A DNA stretch of 63,731 nucleotides, filler included, from Deltaproteobacteria bacterium (GTDB lineage: Bacteria; JAEEML01): the NCBI GenBank assembly GCA_016283195.1. It is 3 parts of 3 records of this genome, joined end to end, with 100 filler letters (N's around TTAATTAATTAA, not from the genome) between each part and the next. Parts side by side here need not be neighbours in the genome. Positions count along the whole stretch, not along the records: positions 58,927 to 63,731 come from JAEEML010000156.1; 2 more parts are not named here. One strand, 5' to 3'. Below are positions 59,478 through 63,731 of this stretch, piece by piece. Position 1 is the first letter of the stretch, and each line of letters opens with the position of its first letter. The notes beneath the pieces were generated by a model, which saw nothing but the letters and a program-made list of their open reading frames with translations, was not told the DNA's origin and did not search any database. The translations under genes were made by a program, and so were the position numbers.

Positions 59478-61766
59478 TTACTCGCAAGGCTTAATTTCCA
59501 TCTTGTCGCCCGCTAAAGTAAGTTCTGCTGCCCCGCCACCGGCTAAAGAGCCAAAAAGGAGCTCCTCGGCTAGCGGCCCGCGCACCATTTTGGCAATAAG
59601 GCCCTTTAATGGGCGGGCCCCAAAACGCGGATCAAACCCCTTTTGGGCCAAGTAATTCCTAAGTTCCGGAGCCACGGTAATATTTACCTTCTTCTCGGCC
59701 AGCTGGCTCTTTAACTCAGCCAGATATTTGTCGGTAATAAGCCCCATGAGCGCCGGGCTCAAGGGATTAAAAGTGATAATACCGGTGAGCCGCCCGCGAA
59801 ATTCCGGCGAAAAGAGCTTTTCCACCGCTTTTTCCGAGCGGCTAATATCTATGCCACCTTGAAAGCCGATGCTGTTTTGGGCCATTTCCCGAGCGCCGGC
59901 ATTGGAGGTCATAATAATAATGACATGGCGAAAATCAGCCTCATTGCCGTTGTTATCGGTGAGCGTGGCATGGTCCATCACCTGCAATAAAATATCAAAA
60001 AGATCCTGGTGCGCTTTTTCTATCTCATCGAGGAGAAGTACAGAGTTAGGCTTTTGCCTGATAGCCTCGGTTAAAAGGCCGCCCTGATCAAAGCCGACAT
60101 AACCGGGAGGCGCCCCGATAAGGCGTGAGACAGTGTGCTTTTCCATATATTCGCTCATATCAAAGCGAATAAGCGGCAAAGAGAGCTCTTTGGCCAGAGC
60201 TCTGGCCAATTCGGTTTTGCCTACCCCGGTAGGGCCGGTAAAAAGAAATGAGCCGGTGGGCTGATCGGGCGCCCCGAGGCCGGCGCGTGAAAGTTTTAAG
60301 GCGGCGGTAATGGCGCTGATAGCCGCTTCCTGACCAAAAACCTGCTCATTAAGACGACTTTCCAGGTGGCGCAAAAGTTCCCGATCATCTTTAGTAGCGG
60401 TAATAGCCGGCAATTTAGCCATAGTGGCCACTACTTTTTCTATAGCGCTTCTGGTTAATACCTGTTGCCGCTCATTAGCTGGCAGCAGGCTATTAGCCGA
60501 TCCGGCCTCATCTATTACATCTATGGCTTTATCGGGCAAAAAGCGGCCGTTAATATGGCGCGCTGCAAGGGTGGCCGCCGCTTCCAGGGCCTCATCTTGA
60601 TAACGCGCCCCATGAAATTCCTCAAAGCGCTCTTTAAGCCCCTTTAATATGGCCACCGTCTCCTCAACCGAGGGCTCTAAAACATCGAGCGGCTGAAAAC
60701 GGCGCACCAAAGCGCGATCTTTTTCGATATTTTTACGAAAATCCTCTTTGGTGGTAGCTCCGATAAGGTGCAAAATTCCCTGTGATAACGCCGGCTTAAG
60801 CAAATTTGTTATAGAGTGGCCACCGCCGCTTTCACTATTTGCCGCCATGTGCAATTCATCTATAACCAAAATGGGATTTTTCTTTTCTCCAAGGGCTTTT
60901 ATCACCGCATTAAGGCGTTCCTCCAACTCACCATGGTACTTGCTACCGGCGATAAGAGCTCCCATATCCAGCTCAAATAATTCACATTCTTTTAAGCGCT
61001 CCGGCACCTCACCTTGCACAATAAGCTGAGCCAGACCATAAATAATAGCGCTCTTCCCCACTCCGGCTTCGCCCAGTAATAGCGGGTTGTTGCGCGTCCT
61101 TCGGCAAAGAATTTGCATCAGGCGCTTTAATTCTTTTTCTCTACCGATAAGCGGATCAAGTTTACCGGCCCCGGCCAGAGCGGTGAGATCGCGGCAAAAG
61201 AGCAACAACGCATCCTGTGGCTTGCCAAAAAAGGCATCCTCATCGCCGGCCGCCATAGTGCCAAATAGCGCTCCTGTTTGCGCATCTCCTGGAATTTTAT
61301 GGGAAATATAGGTGAGTACATCCACACTTTTAATGCCGTAAGTGGCTAGAAGTGCGGTGGAATAACACTCTTCGACAGAGATAGCTGCCAAAAGGTCCAG
61401 TGGTTTTATCAGCTTAAAAACATGGGCTATATCGAGGTTTTCCGGCTCTTGTTCCAGCTTGCCGATAACATGGGTTGCCACTCTGTTCAAAACTCTTTGA
61501 AAAGCCCTGGTACCTTCCGGCGGCTGAGCATCCGGCTCATCATAATAACCGGCCGGCATAGTGGGGATTTTCTCGTTTAAATAAGTATTTAACTTTTGTG
61601 CTATGATATCCGGAGGAGCTCCCAGAGCTCTAAGAAGTTCGGCCACTTCCCGGCTTTGCAAAAGCACTAAAAAAAGCTGCTCAACGCTCACATATTCATG
61701 GTTGCGCATCATGGCCTCGGCAGTGGCCATTTCCAATATCTTTTCAACTTCACTGACTTTAGCCAT
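59478..61766 (-). CDS. clpA: ATP-dependent Clp protease ATP-binding subunit ClpA
   Basis: Two AAA modules (GEAGVGKS, GPTGVGKTE), no M-domain, RLIGAPPGYVGFDQGGLLT; follows clpS. Confidence 0.94.
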   Translation of the reverse strand: MAKVSEVEKILEMATAEAMMRNHEYVSVEQLFLVLLQSREVAELLRALGAPPDIIAQKLNTYLNEKIPTMPAGYYDEPDAQPPEGTRAFQRVLNRVATHVIGKLEQEPENLDIAHVFKLIKPLDLLAAISVEECYSTALLATYGIKSVDVLTYISHKIPGDAQTGALFGTMAAGDEDAFFGKPQDALLLFCRDLTALAGAGKLDPLIGREKELKRLMQILCRRTRNNPLLLGEAGVGKSAIIYGLAQLIVQGEVPERLKECELFELDMGALIAGSKYHGELEERLNAVIKALGEKKNPILVIDELHMAANSESGGGHSITNLLKPALSQGILHLIGATTKEDFRKNIEKDRALVRRFQPLDVLEPSVEETVAILKGLKERFEEFHGARYQDEALEAAATLAARHINGRFLPDKAIDVIDEAGSANSLLPANERQQVLTRSAIEKVVATMAKLPAITATKDDRELLRHLESRLNEQVFGQEAAISAITAALKLSRAGLGAPDQPTGSFLFTGPTGVGKTELARALAKELSLPLIRFDMSEYMEKHTVSRLIGAPPGYVGFDQGGLLTEAIRQKPNSVLLLDEIEKAHQDLFDILLQVMDHATLTDNNGNEADFRHVIIIMTSNAGAREMAQNSIGFQGGIDISRSEKAVEKLFSPEFRGRLTGIITFNPLSPALMGLITDKYLAELKSQLAEKKVNITVAPELRNYLAQKGFDPRFGARPLKGLIAKMVRGPLAEELLFGSLAGGGAAELTLAGDKMEIKPCE

Positions 61767-61796
61767 TATTTTTCCTGAATTAGCGGAGTATTAGAT

Positions 61797-62114
61797 TTAA
61801 AGCGGTTCCATAAGGCATTGCAGGGGAAAACCCTCGGCGCGGGCCCGTTCAATAGTTTGATACACTTTTGTTTCGGCAACTTCTTTATCGTATATGCCGG
61901 CCACGCCGCGCCCGCTTTTATGGACACTCAGCATGATAGCTTCGGCCTTTTCCGGCGAGTGATGAAAAATATCTATCAGAATTTCCACCACAAATTCCAT
62001 AGTAGTATAATCATCGTTTAAAAGAATAACTTTGTAAGAGCGCGGCGGCTCAAGTTGCAATTTTTCTTCAATAAATTGAGCTGGTGAGCTGCTCTTTTGT
62101 AATTCTGTAGCCAT
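61797..62114 (-). CDS. clpS: Clp protease adaptor ClpS
   Basis: YKVILLNDDYTTMEFVV...MLSVH..G.G.AG.Y..EVAETK. Confidence 0.96.
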   Translation of the reverse strand: MATELQKSSSPAQFIEEKLQLEPPRSYKVILLNDDYTTMEFVVEILIDIFHHSPEKAEAIMLSVHKSGRGVAGIYDKEVAETKVYQTIERARAEGFPLQCLMEPL

Positions 62115-62120
62115 GATATA

Positions 62121-63368
62121 TCAGGCGAGATCGGCCGGCAGGGCTTTTTCGAGAGCCAAAAGGTTGGGTTCAATCACCACCGGCTCACCGGTGGCTTTAA
62201 TGGCGCTTTCCACATCTTTAAGGCCGCTGCCGGTGACAATGGCCACTACTTTTTCATGGGCAGCAATGAGCCCCTCTTGGCGCGCTTTTTTAATACCGGC
62301 AACGGAGGTGGCCCCGGCCGGTTCGGCAAAGACGCCGGTATTGCGGCCAAGAAGGGTTATGGCTTCCAAAATCTCGCCATCTTCCACAGTAACATAGTTG
62401 CCGCCGGTCTTCTTTACATTACGCAGCGCTTTAATGGCATCGCGCGGCTTATCCACCGAGATGGAATCGGCCACAGTGTGCGCCGAAGTAACCACAATAT
62501 TCTCGGTATTTTTATGAAAAGCTGTAGCGATAACCGAAGAGCCCTTGGCCTGCACGCCCAAAACGCGCGGCAGTTTATCAATATAGCCCATGGCATAGAG
62601 GTCTAAAAGGCCCTTGGCCACACCGCCCACAATGCAGCCATCGCCAACAGAAACAGCAATGACATCGGGCGCTTTAAAGGCCATCTGCTCACAAATTTCC
62701 AAAGATACTGTCTTTTTGCCTTCGGAGAGCACCGGGTTCACCGCCGTGGAACGGCTATACCAGTTCCATTTGCGCCGCGCCAAAAGGCTAAGGTCAAAGG
62801 CATCGTCATAAGTGCCGTTTACCATAAACACTTTGGCGCCAAAAACCTGCAATTGGGCAATTTTGGCTTTGGGCGCAGTTTTTGGCACAAAGATAATGGG
62901 ATGAATGCCCACACTGGCCCCAAGGCCGGCAAGAGAAGAAGCGGCATTGCCGGTAGAAGCGGCGCAAATGGTCTTTTGCCCAAGCTCGCCGGCGCGCACA
63001 ATAGCTATAGCTGATGCTCTATCTTTTAAAGAGGCCGTGGGCAGACGGCTGTCGTCTTTTACCCAAAGATTCTCAATGCCTAACAGCTTGCCGAGAGTTT
63101 TAGTTTCGTAAAGCGGTGTCCAGCCCAGTTGCAATTTTGGGGCAAACTTGCGCTCACTCACCGGGAGCAGTGGCATATAGCGCCAAATAGAGCGGTCATC
63201 ATTAGCTTGAAGGCTCTCTTTGGTGAGCTCTTTTTTTACTCTGTCGTAATCAAACTCGATATCTAAAATGCCATCATCGCCGCATTTGGGGCAGGTATAA
63301 TGCACTTCGTCAATATTGTAAGTCTCTCCGCACAAAACACAGCGGGCTCCGGTGATGGTAGATTTCAT
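62121..63368 (-). CDS. thrC: Threonine synthase (Zn-ribbon N-terminus, PLP fold type II)
   Basis: C..CG...CP.CG, IWRY, PTASLKDR, ASTGN, EGKKT, FAEPAGA, TGSGLKD. Confidence 0.88.
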   Translation of the reverse strand: MKSTITGARCVLCGETYNIDEVHYTCPKCGDDGILDIEFDYDRVKKELTKESLQANDDRSIWRYMPLLPVSERKFAPKLQLGWTPLYETKTLGKLLGIENLWVKDDSRLPTASLKDRASAIAIVRAGELGQKTICAASTGNAASSLAGLGASVGIHPIIFVPKTAPKAKIAQLQVFGAKVFMVNGTYDDAFDLSLLARRKWNWYSRSTAVNPVLSEGKKTVSLEICEQMAFKAPDVIAVSVGDGCIVGGVAKGLLDLYAMGYIDKLPRVLGVQAKGSSVIATAFHKNTENIVVTSAHTVADSISVDKPRDAIKALRNVKKTGGNYVTVEDGEILEAITLLGRNTGVFAEPAGATSVAGIKKARQEGLIAAHEKVVAIVTGSGLKDVESAIKATGEPVVIEPNLLALEKALPADLA

Positions 63369-63546
63369 GGTTCCTCCTCAAAACGAGCCATCAAGGCGGA
63401 GGCATAGTAGCACCTGGAGAGAGAAAAGTTAAGGGGGCAAGTTTTATTTTGGGTTTTAACAAAACCAAAACATCATTGCCAAATTCAAAGGCAATATTAA
63501 AGCTGCTTTTTTCTTCAATAAGCTCTGGATATAACAGTGCTTCTCC

Positions 63547-63597
63547 TGACACACTTTGGCACACTTTTGATACACCTGACACACTTTTGACACACTT
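63547..63597. repeat. Array of TG(A/G)CACAC(TT) units, copy 2 (5 direct)
   Basis: Units start at 63547, 63557, 63568, 63577, 63588; same unit as 47390-47461. Confidence 0.95.
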
Positions 63598-63663
63598 TGC
63601 CAAAGCCATACAAAACGCAGTAAAACCTTATAATTACAGCTTGTTATATGTTTTTTTGCCATT

Positions 63664-63679
63664 TGGCACGCGATTTGCA
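63664..63679 (+). promoter_or_regulatory. Sigma-54 (-24/-12) promoter of a gene starting at ~63725 (runs off window)
   Basis: TGGCAC-GCGAT-TTGCA followed by AAAGGAGCAACCATG. Confidence 0.88.
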
Positions 63680-63731
63680 TTTAAAAATGCGCCGGCCAGG
63701 CTATCCGGTAAGAAAGGAGCAACCATGCGCA

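Overview
Bacterial chromosomal window, most likely from a Myxococcota/Deltaproteobacteria-type organism. Evidence: the 16S 5' end AACGAACGCTGGCGGCGT, gliding genes cglF/gltF-gltG, and myxobacterial-style Cys-rich lipoproteins and PEGA proteins. GC looks much lower than in soil myxobacteria, and gut/rumen-type gene families are present (FISUMP domains, AAA-ATPase/PD-(D/E)XK). The window is a scaffold with two artificial N-TTAATTAATTAA-N joins (31589-31688, 58827-58926). It starts at the 5' end and promoter of an rRNA operon (- strand). It carries mostly housekeeping genes (tcdA, tatD, rpoD, dnaG, glpK, lepB, mpl, ymdB, rsmG, dapF, lpxA, ftcD, recF, gpmI, gltX, prmC, ispE, clpA, clpS, thrC) and many envelope lipoproteins. 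An accessory stretch at ~26.6-35.7 kb holds a (GCAA)12 microsatellite, a tandem GTPase-DUF697-like pair, a FISUMP lipoprotein, an IS3 end, a truncated collagen-like lipoprotein and an AAA/PD-(D/E)XK gene. The most striking unexplained structure is a regulatory cassette present twice, 16 kb apart. Each copy has an array of TG(A/G)CACAC units at ~10 bp spacing, an IHF-like site, a perfect sigma-54 -24/-12 promoter and a near-identical leader/RBS, all at nearly identical distances. One copy drives a small putative nucleic-acid-binding protein and ComEA, near a ComEA-like-HhH/beta-barrel outer-membrane protein and recF. Also notable: a 6S-like structured RNA candidate and a nucleoporin-like SAFG-repeat tail on a serine hydrolase. 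All calls come from reading the sequence; no database searches were run.
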